A stretch of DNA of 60,741 nucleotides, the filler included, from Sphacelaria rigidula (Eukaryota): NCBI GenBank assembly GCA_964200075.2. It is 9 parts of 9 records of this genome, joined end to end, with 100 filler letters (N's around TTAATTAATTAA, not from the genome) between each part and the next. Parts side by side here need not be neighbours in the genome. Positions count along the whole stretch, not along the records: positions 33,802 to 40,461 come from CAXNAA020018773.1; positions 40,562 to 47,221 come from CAXNAA020018774.1; positions 47,322 to 53,981 come from CAXNAA020018775.1; 6 more parts are not named here. One strand, 5' to 3'. Positions 36,171-48,861 of the stretch are shown here, in pieces. Each line of letters opens with the position of its first letter. The first letter of the stretch is position 1. The notes under the pieces were generated by a model. It saw nothing but the letters and a program-made list of their open reading frames with translations. It searched no databases and was not told the DNA's origin. A program made the position numbers and the translations under genes.

Positions 36171-36725
36171 GTATGCTTGAATATAAAAAGCTGACTGGCC
36201 ATTGAAGGGTTCGCTACAACAAGGCTTGGCTTCGAGAACAGTCGAGATCAGTCTCTTTGTCAAGGGAGAGAAATCCTAGTCTTGACCGGTCATGTGGTCA
36301 TCCCTCTCCTCGGCGACCAGTTTGATGTTCGACCCGAGAAAACATACTCCCCCAACCACGCGCCCTCGCTTTCAGTACGTACACCCACGAGATTGTCAGA
36401 AAACATGTGGTCGACACTTTCAACTTCAATATCGATGCCATGCCTTCTACATTTTGGCAGAATATGAGAAAAAAATGCACATCGTACGTGCGATCATCAA
36501 ATTTAGTAATCTTTTTCGCGCAACTATGTTTCTTCCTCCCTTGTGTGCACATGCATATTCATATACGCACGTTTGCCTTCTCTCGCTCCTATCGTCAGTC
36601 AAGGTACCTTGGTTGTCGATCTTACGAGCGTGGCGGCGTTAGCCGCCGACCCCTTGCACACCGCAAAATAAAAAATGAGCTGAGCTTCTGCTCTTGTTTC
36701 TCGGTCCTTTGAAAATTTCCCTCAC

Positions 36726-37025
36726 CTGTCCCGCTTGTGACGAGACTTGTCCCTAGAGTCCTTCTTGTCTCTCGAGTCCTTTCCCCTGTCTCTGTCTCTG
36801 TCTCGGTCCCTGTCCCTGTCTCGGTCTCTGTCCCTGTCTCTATCCCGCCGATCGCGTTTGCGTTCCGGCGACCTGGACCTCGAACGACTTCGGCTTCGAC
36901 TGCGATGCCTCTTTCCCCTGTCTCTGTCTCTGTCCCTGTCCCTATCCTTGTCCCGACCTCTGTCTCTATCACGGTCACGGTCTCGATCTCGGTCTCCTCC
37001 CCTTCGAGAGGGCGGCGACACATCC
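36726..37025 (-). CDS. Exon of RS/RD-rich protein (putative splicing factor N-terminus)
   Basis: DVSPPSRRGGDRDRDRD...HRSRSRSRSRSRSPERKRD; mixed codons rather than a pure microsatellite; donor AG|GTGAG, phase 2. Confidence 0.75.
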
Positions 37026-37454
37026 CTGTATCATTGGTTTTTCCATCCCGCCGTTGCATTTGATTGGTTGAGCATACCGATGATTATTTCCCGCGAGGGA
37101 CAGGGAAGCGATGAGCGCGCACGGGGGAGGGGGGTGGAGGTCACATGGGTCGTGGATGTGAGCTTTCAGAAAATAATTGCGTCGGGTTCGTAATTTGACA
37201 CAAGAAAACACGAAAGGGATCAGTATCTCTCCTTCAGCTCTCGGTGCTCGCCGTTTGAACAAACCTAATGCCTTTGTCTGTTCATTCACCTGATCTCCTG
37301 CGGTGAGTTTTCGGGGGCACCGGTTCATCTCCCTGCATCTTCCCACCGTCGAATGGATGGGATAGCGCGGGGGTTGGGTGCTGTGGTAGTCTAGCTCATT
37401 CAATGAATGTAGTGTGAACGAGGCACACCCACACATCGCTGATCCTCAACTGAC

Positions 37455-37678
37455 CCTCTCGCGGGGACTAGGTGACGAGCAAGCTGTTTGTCACGGGGGA
37501 TGACTTCTCGTCGATCAAGTCTGAGGGATCAGGAATACAGAACCTCATGTACGCCACGAACGTGCTTTCGGCGCTCGTATTTATTCGATCGTTCATTTCT
37601 ATAGCAGGGCGGCGTGGAACTACACGCGCAAAATACGACATCATTTCTTTACCCTGAGCGTGGCCGTGGCACACTCAT
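37455..37678 (-). CDS. Candidate first two small exons of the RS/RD gene (37678-37653 and 37520-37455)
   Basis: ATG...GG|gtaaag and ccctcag|...GG|gtcagt give in-frame MSVPRPRSGLDRREVIPRDKQLARHLVPARG; no homology support. Confidence 0.35.
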
Positions 37679-38334
37679 AGGTGGACATCATGGGAGCTGC
37701 ACAGGTGGATTCTTTTTTGCTTGGGCGTTCTGCGTACAACTTTTGATCTCGAGGGCACAATAAACATCTCCTTGGGGAAACACAACGACGACAACGAGCG
37801 GAGGGCGGGGGGTAGAGGGCAACATGCCGGGGGTCTGGACTGTTTCAACACTGAAAACAATATATTTCCAAAAAAGTAAAATTATTTAGCTTCGTTGCAT
37901 GTATAGATGTAGGTGGATAGTGATTTTAAGATGGGACCCGCGCTGTCCAAAAAAAAGGAAGTGCCATAATCCGACAAAAGTGCACACGAATAAACTTGGC
38001 GAGAGTGAACCAAAACGACGGCGCCATTCATGGAACTTTAGAACTCGACGAAGGCGCGTCTTCTTGGAGAGAGATCCTCCTCAACCATGTTCCCCAAATC
38101 CATCGTTGGACATCATGTTTCCGTCACACCATAAGGCTGACCCAGACCCCAACCTACAGGAGACCGAGAACCCTTGGGGCAGAGGGAATACATGCAGTCT
38201 CCCAGGAAAATTGTGCGTTGGCAAAGCTCAAATCAGCACCGCCTAAACACGTGCTGTGCATGCTAGGCGTATCCCGGGGACTATGATCCATACTCTATCT
38301 TTTCCGTCATAATTGTAGCCCCTCCAATTCTTCG

Positions 38335-38597
38335 CGGTGAGTCCGCGGCCGGAATGGATCAACCCATCTTCACCCCCGGTACACGCCTTGCATTTTGGTC
38401 TCGCGGATTGGGGTCAGCCCTCCCGCAGTGTAGACTCTCGCCAAACAAACTCATGTCGAATCTTCTGCTACTCGCGTCCTCACGCTTGGGGACGTCGGAA
38501 ATTACATACTTTTGAAATACGCATCTGTCAGGACATCGAACTTGCAATCTGTCCACAGTACCCGCGTGAGTTGTACCATTAGACTACCGGGGCGCGG
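38335..38597 (-). mobile_element. tRNA-derived SINE family 2
   Basis: A-box TAGTCTAATGG and B-box-like AGTTCGATGTCC on the minus strand plus the family core. Confidence 0.8.
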
Positions 38598-39534
38598 GGG
38601 GGCTTTGAGATCCAAATATGATAGTTCACACCAGAACGACGTATTTTCAACCATATACTTGGCGGAGCGAGGTTGCGCCGAACTCGACCGGAATCTCCAT
38701 GGATTGATCGACCAGAGCCCACACAGATGGGGTCGAACATGCGAATGTGCACACCATCGTACTGCTTTTGCCTCGTGTCGGGTGCGATTGCTAGCTAGCC
38801 GTGTTGGATCAAACAAAATTCAGCATCCTGTTGGCATAGTGTGGGAAATTCGGCAAAACACACACACACACGAGCAGCGATAGAAGTATAGGTGACGCTC
38901 TGCCAGGGATTCCATTGAGGGTGGCCCCTTGACAAAGGTAACCGCAGGGTCAGAGAACTAGGCCACGCGCACATGGGTGAGTATTGTATTGTCATCCCAT
39001 CTAATTTGGACGCCAGTCCACACCCTTCAGATATGTGTGGACATACCAGCCGGGGTCACGCGGAGAGACGGTCAACATTGGCTGCCAAAAATTACATGCT
39101 GTGTTCTGGTCACGTTGGGGACAATGGTGAGCAACTTCCACAGGTGCAAATAGGACTCTGGTGTACCTTTTTCAAGGACACAGGTCATACAAGTGGCCAA
39201 ACAAGGTGGCATCCAACCAAGCACGTGCATACCATATGTGTATCTTGCCACTCTGGGTCAGTCAAGGGTACTGGAAAACGGTGGATTTCCCATAACGTCA
39301 CGGCGGTGCCATTATGAGCAAGAACCGTCACGCATCTTGTTTTCCACTACATTGCAGTACATTGCGCTCTCTGGAAAAACGACGGAATCGGTTCAGGCCC
39401 AAGCTTGTCGTGCACGAAGAAAACTTGCTCATCAGTACTGTGCCCTCAAAGCGGTGAAAAACGGTGTGGTACAATACACATTTTCCTGACCACCGCCCCA
39501 TGTAACGTGCGTCAGGGTCCGACTGTGCTGATGC

Positions 39535-39554
<20 letters not shown>

Positions 39555-39566
<12 letters not shown>

Positions 39567-39920
39567 GCGTTGTCATCCCCTCTATTCTGGACGCTGGTCT
39601 ACACCTTGTGGTATATGTGGGCGCATCAACCGAAGTCACACAAGACAAAGGCCAACACGGGAGATTTTTCTTTCTTCTTTTCGCTTTAGTACTTCACCTT
39701 CTGCGGTGCTCGCCTTGTTTTTTACATCGAGAGAATTTTACCCGTCCCTTTCTCTCGTCGACCGTGAAGTCGACTCTTGTGTACCCACGACATGATCGCC
39801 GCTCTCCACTGTTGGGCATGGTGTGAGAAAAAATCCTCGGTCGTCTGATGGCATCGAAAGTTTAACCCACGACCCAAACGTCAACAGGTTTCGAGGCTAC
39901 CAACTGAGCCACCAGCGCGG
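39555..39920 (-). mobile_element. Near full-length SINE family 1; partial copy at about 38985-39075
   Basis: Head with A-box TGGCTCAGTTGG, body shared with the 20282 and 28480 copies, (CA)n/(CAG)n tail. Confidence 0.8.
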
Positions 39921-42900
39921 TTGGTTTTGCTGTGGTGCAGAAAGTGTGATTCTTGTTCTCTTAGTCTCAGCGCTACAATCCGACAAAACTCGACGGGCTG
40001 CGGTTTACTAGGGGGTCAAGGAGGTTTGATCTTCTGATACTCGAGGGCTCGTCTCGAGAGGGGCGGGAAAGGGCTGGTCTATTTTGGGCGCCCACGTTTT
40101 AGTACGGAGACCTTGCTCGCTGAGAGTCCTGCGAATTCTATTATAGTAGAATGGCCCTTTAGTGCGTGAGTGGACCCTAAAAAGAAAGATGGGGCACTTG
40201 CTTGTCAGGAGTATTTGTTTGAAAATAGCATCGCATGTCGAGTAATCCCCCCGAGAGATTCGACCGTGGTCACAATATAGACGTAACCATGATGAAAAAA
40301 GAGAGAAACACTCGCTACAAAAAAATAAAACTCGAGAAAGAGAACAGACGAACACAATACAAGAAATGAGCCAATGGGGGGGGGGGGGCGGGGGGGGGCA
40401 ACAGTTTGGGGTGGTGGACGGAGGCCGGGGGGTTGTTGACTGCCGAGCGGGGGGGGTTAAANNNNNNNNNNNNNNNNNNNNNNNNNNNNNNNNNNNNNNN
40501 NNNNNTTAATTAATTAANNNNNNNNNNNNNNNNNNNNNNNNNNNNNNNNNNNNNNNNNNNNTTTCTGAAGGCGAGACGTCCGTTTTCGCGTGGCCATATC
40601 TCTCGGTAACATGTTTTTTTGCCGTTTGTTTTCGAGGCCCGGGTGCAAATGCCCCCCCCAAATGATGTGCGTGAAAAATTCGGAGCTAAAACGGTCAAAA
40701 TGACGTGTTTGGCCGTTTTCGCGTTTCTGGCCATTTTTCGTACCTTTCTTGCGCAAAAACCGAGAAGGTATACCTTTTCTAGGCTATTGCTCAAAAACTA
40801 ATGCTACGATAGATCCTCCCCCCAACCCAGCCCAGGACTATCAACAAGAAAATATTCGTAGCGCGCATGATGGGCGACATTGGCGAAAAACAATCCCAAG
40901 CGTGGGAATTCTCAGCTGCTCGTTGTGCTCGGCTTATTTCATTTCGATTTACGTGTGGGTTTTGCCTCCCGAAACTAATCGCTCCTTTTGAGGGGGGCTA
41001 CCGTAGCATTTGTCCAAAGTGTTTTTTGACTTGGTAGCGCTGATACATCATCAGTAGCGCTGGTACAAAATGAACTGCCTAGAAACGACCCGATGAAGGA
41101 TGGTATACTGATATATGCTTCATCTTCCCCTGCTTGCGATGCTAGCGACGAGACCCAGATATGTACCGGTAGCAAGTTCTGGGGATATCTGCTCCTAAAC
41201 CCACGGCACGAACACGGTTTTTAGGGATCACCTTCTGTATAACCTCAGACGTAACCAACGTTTCCACTTGACGGACGTAGTCGACTGTAAAATCTTCACC
41301 AGCAAGGAGCGGAGTATATGTACGAATGGCGGACGTATCCAGCGTCACTCCTCCCCTGAACACTAAACAGCTGAGCCCGTCACTCTACAGTAACGCTATT
41401 ATTGGTTGGTCCTGACGTGAAACATGCAACAGATCAATGAGCCGGTGGAGCTGTTCGTAATCCATGCTGCATACACTTGCATAGCACATCCGGGATACCA
41501 CGGACCTACTCGAAACATACATGGCAGCGTTTCTACCCAGAACAGAAGTGGTGGCCATAGCGGATGGTGGAGTGGTGGAAATCTTGAGCAGGCAAGTAAA
41601 AACTATTATTGGCTCGAAGGAAGTATTGGGGTCGGAAGGTTTGTTTTACATTTTCATTGTTGAAGCGTTTATCCTTGGTCTGGACTTGTAGAAATCGATA
41701 ATCAATGATGAACCCTCCTTACCCTTCCTTACCGACGAGGATTCGATGGCCACTCATCTACTCCAAACGCCAACGACAGGTAGGTTAAAACTTTGCTACA
41801 TCAAAATACTGGAAGCACCGCGATCGTTTTTTCCCTATGACCCCTTTCATGGGGTATCTGAGAGGCAAGTTGACGCAGGCGCGAAACTCGCCCATCATTC
41901 ATCAACACATGTCGGTGTTGACACAAGGCATTAGCGCGACTGTCCAAGTTAATGCGGGTTGAAGCTCGACCAGAACAAGATCGCAGGGAAACATCAGTCG
42001 AGCGAAGGGTTACGACTGAAATAATTGTGGTACATGGTTTCATGTTGGTTGAATGTCAAACCGCATCTTTTTAAAATATTGTTTAGAGGCTCGCCGACAC
42101 TGGGCGCGTCGGCACCATCGTACTTCACCAAAGATTTGCCGAACCGCTCTGGTGGTTGTCGCTGGTGGTACTAATGGCATGCAGGCATGGTGGAGAGCGG
42201 TGTGCGGCGGCAATCGAGCGACCGCATTCCTGCGCCAAGCAGGCTACGACACAGTGGGGAAACTGTTCAAGCTTGTCACGTCGTCGGATTCAGCCAAGTC
42301 TAGAAGACGCAAAACGCATTTCGCCAAGGGAGGCAGCCGACTAAGGCGCCGGTTGCAAGATACTACTGCTGATTGTTCGGGTGTAACGGTAGCGGGTACA
42401 GAACATTACCGGGGGAACGGGAGGCGGCTGGGCCGATTAGTGAAGGATTTTGAACTTGCGGCGAAGATCACGTCACTGTGCATCATGATACAGGCGGCCT
42501 TTGAGGAATTGCGGGTAAGCACTGAACTAATCGTAGTGTGGAAGCATCTAACTTGCCAATGAAACGCAAAAGTAAAAGATCTTGAAATACCGTAATTCGA
42601 AAGTGAGTGCTCACCGGCTAAACCCATTGTCACGACCTCTTCTAGGAATGACATGGTAACAGAGGTAGGGCCATTTTGTTTTACGAAAACTCAACTCTTA
42701 AGGAGGAATCGACGGCGCGCTTGCGTATACTGTTTGAAATTGAAAAAAACGCCTAATGCCATGTTTATTTCCCCAGTTCACTGTAGCAGGTTTCAAGAAT
42801 CTTCGGAAGAGAATGTCCACGATTTGACACAATATCCCTCCATTAGCTGTTGTAGTAGAGTCTACATTTCTCGCCAGAACCATGAGACGGGGCCCAATAG

Positions 42901-44395
42901 AGAAACAGCATAATTTTGCCACTTGTGTGGGTGATGTAGCACACTTGTGGTACTCCGACACAATTTCTGACGCTGGTGGTGATCACGTTTCCTAACTCGC
43001 TGTTCGCTCGCTGTCGGCGTCTTTGCTTCTGTCTAGCCCGTCCGCGACAACAGGCCTGAAATAAAACACCACGGTAGTGACAATGCTGCTATTGGCGCGG
43101 CTTCTCGCGTGCTGCCCACCATCTCTCGCTCTCGCCCCTCTTGTTTGATGTACCCTACAGAAGCACAACCGGTGGCCAAGCGTGCGACAAGAGGATGTGG
43201 AGCGAGCCTTGAGACCACCGCACCTGCCGGCAATCCTTGATGACACATGACCAATACAATAGTCGTCCTGATATAGGAGAAATCGCAGATCCTGGTTGTC
43301 GTGTAATCCCTTGTGGTTCTTGCTAGAATGTATATTTCCCTGCAGCGGCGCGTTCGTTGCTCAGAGCCTACTCTGAATTTACGTCGCCAGTAATAGTAGT
43401 CCTGTACAGGGAAACCGGACAGTGCGGGAATAAGCAGTCGGGCAAACGACACAATACGCGAATCAGACGCCAGTAGGCGAATGCATTTTGTGAGTGGACG
43501 CATGAAATATTTTCCCAGATATAAAAGTAGTTACCCAAATTGTGATTGACTACGTGAACGACCGAATGACTGGAACGGTGAAAACTGGCTACTGGCTATG
43601 GAGGCCTTGCCATTGGATAACTGACCCAACAATTGGAAAATGATCGAATCAATATGAAAATGAGAGTAAAGTGAATAATCAGTGGGCGAGGGAAAATACA
43701 AAATACTCGTGGGCGAATACATGAATGACCTGGTTGATTGTTTTTATGGATTGTAGCATTACTATCTGACCCCCCAGGGATTCAGTCGTGGGCACATGAT
43801 AAACGTACCCGAGATGAAGGCAAACAGAAACACTCGCTGAAGAAAAAGGAAATAAAAGAAACGTGGAACAGACGTGCAGAGTAGACTGAAGAGACCCCCA
43901 AGAGAAACGACGCAACAATAGCGGCGTTTTCGTGATCTTGAGAGTAGAGGATACGATCGAGGGTGGGAAGCGGTCAATTACTGAATGAACAGCTTCATTT
44001 CCGAGATGCCTCTCCATGAGGCTCGATATGCTTTCTGCAATTTCTTGCCACTGAAGCACTTGATATCCCCGAGTAGGATATCGATGTGTAGCTGTAAGCA
44101 CACGCCAGTGCTACAGGCAAAGAAAAGTGCACACAGGATCATTTGACAGGAAGTTCTACATATAGCCGCAGGCGTTATGATACGGGACTGCCAAGTAAGA
44201 GTGATATATGAGCCCCACATGTAACCCGTTATTTATTGATCATCGATCCCTGATCACCGAGAAACTGCACGGAAAGCAGGAACCGATTTGAGACAGCTCC
44301 GACGACGAAGGCTCGCCCCGCTGCACGTGGGCTCGCCCCCTCCTCCCGCACACTACACCTACAAACTCCTACAACAGTCCAATCGCCTACTACCT

Positions 44396-45043
44396 ATGTT
44401 CCCCGACACGCTGGGCATGTCCACCCCGGCGGCGATACTCTCCGTGGACGCTCTGCACGAGCTAGTCTACGAGACGCGGGGGCTCGTCTCCACCATAAAC
44501 TCAAAGAGGGTGATCGCGGTGATGGGTCCCACCGCGGACGAGATGCCGATGAACCAGCTCATGTGCGTCTGCGCGGAAATTCTCGCGACAAGCACGCCAA
44601 TCAACACCGCAGCCACCGTACAGCCCTCCATGGCAGCCAGCGTTCCCCCCGACGATCGGGGGGATCTCCAGACCCGAGCCTTGCTCGAAGCAGCAGTCGA
44701 CCACTTGTGGGCAGCCGATGGCACTACCCACGGCGGGTTGAAAAGAGTGGGCGATTTCCTCGTCTTCCCAGGCGCGTTCCTCCCATCTCCGGCACCGGTA
44801 CCACAGCAACCAACAATCCCCCCTCCTCCACTGCCACCTCGACCACCTTCCTCCTCCCATGTCCCGGTGAATTTGACGGACCCACAACTCAAGCACCAAA
44901 CGTTTGCTGGACAGGAGCTCTCCGACGCGGGAGAAAATACACACGGCAGGGCGGACATGAGCGCAGCCGGAGCCGCTTCGGCAGGGGAGGAGGAGGACAG
45001 CGACGAGGAGCGATTGCTCACGCGGATTCACCCCCGCCGCAAG
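44396..45043 (+). CDS. Hypothetical 216-codon first exon, product unknown
   Basis: ATG-initiated GC-rich ORF with protein-like N-terminus, Pro-rich linker and acidic patch, ending at AAG|GTGAGA. Confidence 0.45.
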
Positions 45044-46001
45044 GTGAGATTCTCCATTTGCTTCCCGGCACGCACGCTCAGTACAGTACATTCGAGGCCT
45101 CCCAGCCGTAGGAATAGCGTCCCACTGTCCAGCAACCAACCACATTCATGAGCTACAGCAGCCCCGTCAAAATAGACTCAGTACACCATTATACTGTAAT
45201 ATAGGTGCAGCTCTATGCCCTGCCCGGCTCACACAAAACAACAGTCATGAAGTACACAGTTGTACTGCAAAAATTGGGCAGCTCTATTTCTCCGCACACT
45301 TCACACCAAATTACAATATGTACACTATGATACTGTGATATCTATGTAGCTGCGCGTATATCCTCCCGCAAATTCGAACAGGTGGTACGCACAGCACAAC
45401 TACACCGCAAGCCGATAGCCCAAGGTGGCATGGTGCCCAACCTTTGTACGGGAACACGAGAACTCTGAGATAACACACCCGCACGTCTATATGACAGGGT
45501 GCTGGTCCCACTTCCACTCGCGACGTTGCGCACTCAGCACCCTCACCACCCACACGCATGTTGCCAGATCGCAGTTCCTACAACAGCGGGTCCCTCCTTT
45601 CTTTCCGCACGCACGTACAGCCCCACCTACTCGTAACCCGTTTCATACATCTCCTTGGTTGTACTGCCAGCCAGTAGCTATTGACGGAGCACGCACCGTT
45701 CCTTCCTCACGATGCCGCCCCAGGAGCTTCCGTGCTCTCCATGACCCTCGCACGCAGAAACCCCTTCGGATCACAATATTCTTTGCCTGGGCATACCTCA
45801 CATAGTAATACGCCGGGAGGCGCTCACATTGCTGAGTAGCATGTACTTAACCTCAGTATTCCCCACCGGTGACCTTTACAGCGCACGAGCGCCACGGTTA
45901 GCACACGCCATGTCTCTTATCAGTACAGATACCTACACCGCAGCACGTAGGCGCCGGGCTTGAAAACGCGGCTCGCGACAACATCGCTGTTGCTTCGTTC
46001 T

Positions 46002-46038
<37 letters not shown>

Positions 46039-46074
46039 CCACACCACAANNNNNNNNNNGTGCACCGTGCACGC

Positions 46075-46860
46075 CCACCCGACTTGCTGCCACCCATATA
46101 ATCTCGATTTAGGCCAGTACAGCATCGTTTCCGATGAAACACAGTTCACGCCCGCCCAACCCCTTGTGGACTGTACAGTTCAGATAGCATCGTACACGCG
46201 CAGCCCAGATAGCACAGATGAGTACACCATTACGAGTACACGGCAGGCTGGTGAGGCTCCGTATACGTCCAGCTTGCCGTCGCCCATCTAGTACAGATTC
46301 GGGCCAGTACAGTATCGATTCGGATGCTGCACAGTTCACACCTATCCGACCCCGTCGCCCGTACAGTACTCCCAGCACAGTCCACACCCATCCGCCTCGG
46401 CCCTTTGCCGCTGGTACAGTACACTGGGAAGCGCCGCACAGTACAAGCGCCGACGAGATGCGGCACCGCACAAGTCCTTATGGCTTTCAGCCGCCTGTAG
46501 AGTACAGAGTGGGACCGGCACAAACACACGTCCACCCAGTCCTTCGACGCCCACACAGCATAGGTGGGGGCGTTAGCACAGTACACGTGCGGATGACGCG
46601 ACGTACACGCCCGTACAGTCCTTACCACATAGTACACGCTCACTCGGCTCGTCCTTTCGCCGCCGATACAGTACACTTTGGAGCGTAGCATAGTATCGGT
46701 GTCACCGAATCGCGGCACTGCACAAGCCCACCTGGCCTTCAGCCGCCGATCGAGTACAACCCGGGACCGGCACAAACATACGCCAGCCCGGCTCTTAGCC
46801 GCCCATACTGTACAGGTGGGGGCGTAACAGTACACATAGAATGACGCGCAGCACAGCACA
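46075..46860. repeat. Degenerate tandem repeats: two ~250-bp units (about 46359 and 46611) plus a ~70-bp duplicate (46080/46270)
   Basis: Shared blocks TACAGTACACT, TTCAGCCGCC, GGGACCGGCACAAACA, AGGTGGGGGCGT. Confidence 0.75.
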
Positions 46861-48203
46861 CGCTCGTTTTTTTACTCACGCAGCACCACAGAGCCCTATG
46901 TTATACCAGAAACCCTGCGAACTGCAGAACGTTGAACCCCGACTCAACACGTGACGGTCCCACAACCTCCATACCGCCCGCTCAGACGTGTTTCGTACCC
47001 GTCCAGTCAGCCCCTTCATACCAAGTCTGTGTGACACAGCTCATGCGCAGTACTCAGCATTTGTACACGCGGTTTGTGAGCACACCAGCTCACTAAGTCT
47101 GCTACGTGAAAGCGCGACCGATCCAGCCTGAGAGTCCGACAGCACAACAACAGCCGCACGACCCGTTCGCCCGACCCGTCCCATGCTGTATCCCCAACAA
47201 TGTAGTTTGAGCTGAAGATGANNNNNNNNNNNNNNNNNNNNNNNNNNNNNNNNNNNNNNNNNNNNTTAATTAATTAANNNNNNNNNNNNNNNNNNNNNNN
47301 NNNNNNNNNNNNNNNNNNNNNTGTACACACGTGTCGATGACGATATCACCAGAGAGAGGAGCAACGACAGAGAGGAAGCTCCTCGCCCGTGTTCTTTGTG
47401 TGTCCCCGCTCGGCGACTACCAAACCCTCGAAAGACTGGCATCATCGATCTTACCAGCACGTGCCAAATATTTCATGTGCCAGAGCATCGACGTGCGGAG
47501 AGATCCCGTCGTCTCTTCTTGCCTGTCGCCAACGCGAATATCGATTTCTCTCTGCCTCTCCTTTTAGACAGGACGTGCCTCTGTGCGCTGAAAAACATGT
47601 CGATGAAAAAATAGGGCAATCTTCCCGTCACCGTTACTACTGTTCTCTGTCACACACATGCCAGCAAGGACGGTGCTGCGGCAATAACAGATAGGTCCAA
47701 TTTGAACTTAAGGGGCGTTATTCATCGTTGATTTTCGCCGATCTCCCCCAACGGGGTGGCCGAGCAGAAGGGCGTGCCACACGCCAGTTGAGGGGGGTGT
47801 ATGAGAGATCAAACACTTGTCAGAAAGAGACCTATGGTGCTGACCTAACTATTGCTAGCGTGGCGCATAGGAGGTCGCCAATGCCGCAACCTGCAGCACA
47901 CGCTGGCCGCGTGAACAGCTCGGTACAGTAGTACGAGTAGGTTCCCATAAGTAATAATTATTCCGATGTCAGGAGGTCATGGGCTATTGCAAGTTGGGAG
48001 GATAGACGAGAGGGCTCTACGATCAACNNNNNNNNNNACCCACGCCATCAACCGCCGACAGCAAGGGTCTTGTGGCTTTCGCGCGACGCTGTCGGCAGTA
48101 CGGCAGGCAAACCGGATCATTGCTATATTTCCTTCCTCTACCGCGCGTCCTCCCGTCTGCTGAGAGGTGGTCACGGTAACAAACACCGAAGTCGCAACGT
48201 CTG

Positions 48204-48620
48204 TGAAAGCTATAGAGGTTGATATTCATGAAGTTTATCCACAAAATTGAAACGGTATTGAAAACCTGAGTGAGGACAGCTTCCCTGTCCCCCAGCCAGG
48301 CATCGATGAACGAGGGAAGACTTTTACAGGCGGATACAACACACATGGGGGCCCGGAGAAGCTTTTTCCCATCAAAATCTCTGTTTTCCAAGCTGCAAAG
48401 TGTTCCACGCGCATTGTTTTCTAATACGAACGGTAACTTGTCGATTTCTGTTCCGTTGTTCAAGCCCTACTTGATGCTGATCCCGGAAACGTTTCGTATC
48501 GCTGTTCCATGGTTTCTTCGGATGTTTAAGTGGACCCGAAGCGGCCACCTTCCCTCAGGTTTTCAGAACCGTTTCAATTTTGTGGATGAACTTTATGAAT
48601 ATCAAACTCTATAGCTTTCA
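48204..48620. mobile_element. MITE/foldback element with ~70-bp TIRs
   Basis: TGAAAGCTATAGAGGTTGATATTCATGAAGTTTATCCACAAAATTGAAACGG mirrored at 48555-48620; no TSD identified. Confidence 0.75.
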
Positions 48621-48861
48621 GAACTCCGAACTCCGAACTCAAATGTGAGGTGCATCTCTGTGTATAGAATGAGCTGTTTCAGAATTCAAAACACATAACT
48701 GAGCTACTCCGCATCACTTTTTTATTTTTTATTTTCATTCTACTGTGAAAGATACCTCGTTGCAGTGACATATCAGAGACTGATGCCACACGTGTATGAA
48801 GAACCAGCGCAAGCAGGGACAAGGTAGGAACGATCCGGGAGGACCAGATTACCGAGGACCC

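Noticed and set aside
39080..39480. Ancient LINE RT remnant; similar hints at 8560-8800 and 32050-32330
   Set aside because: Only faint frameshifted resemblance by eye; needs an HMM search
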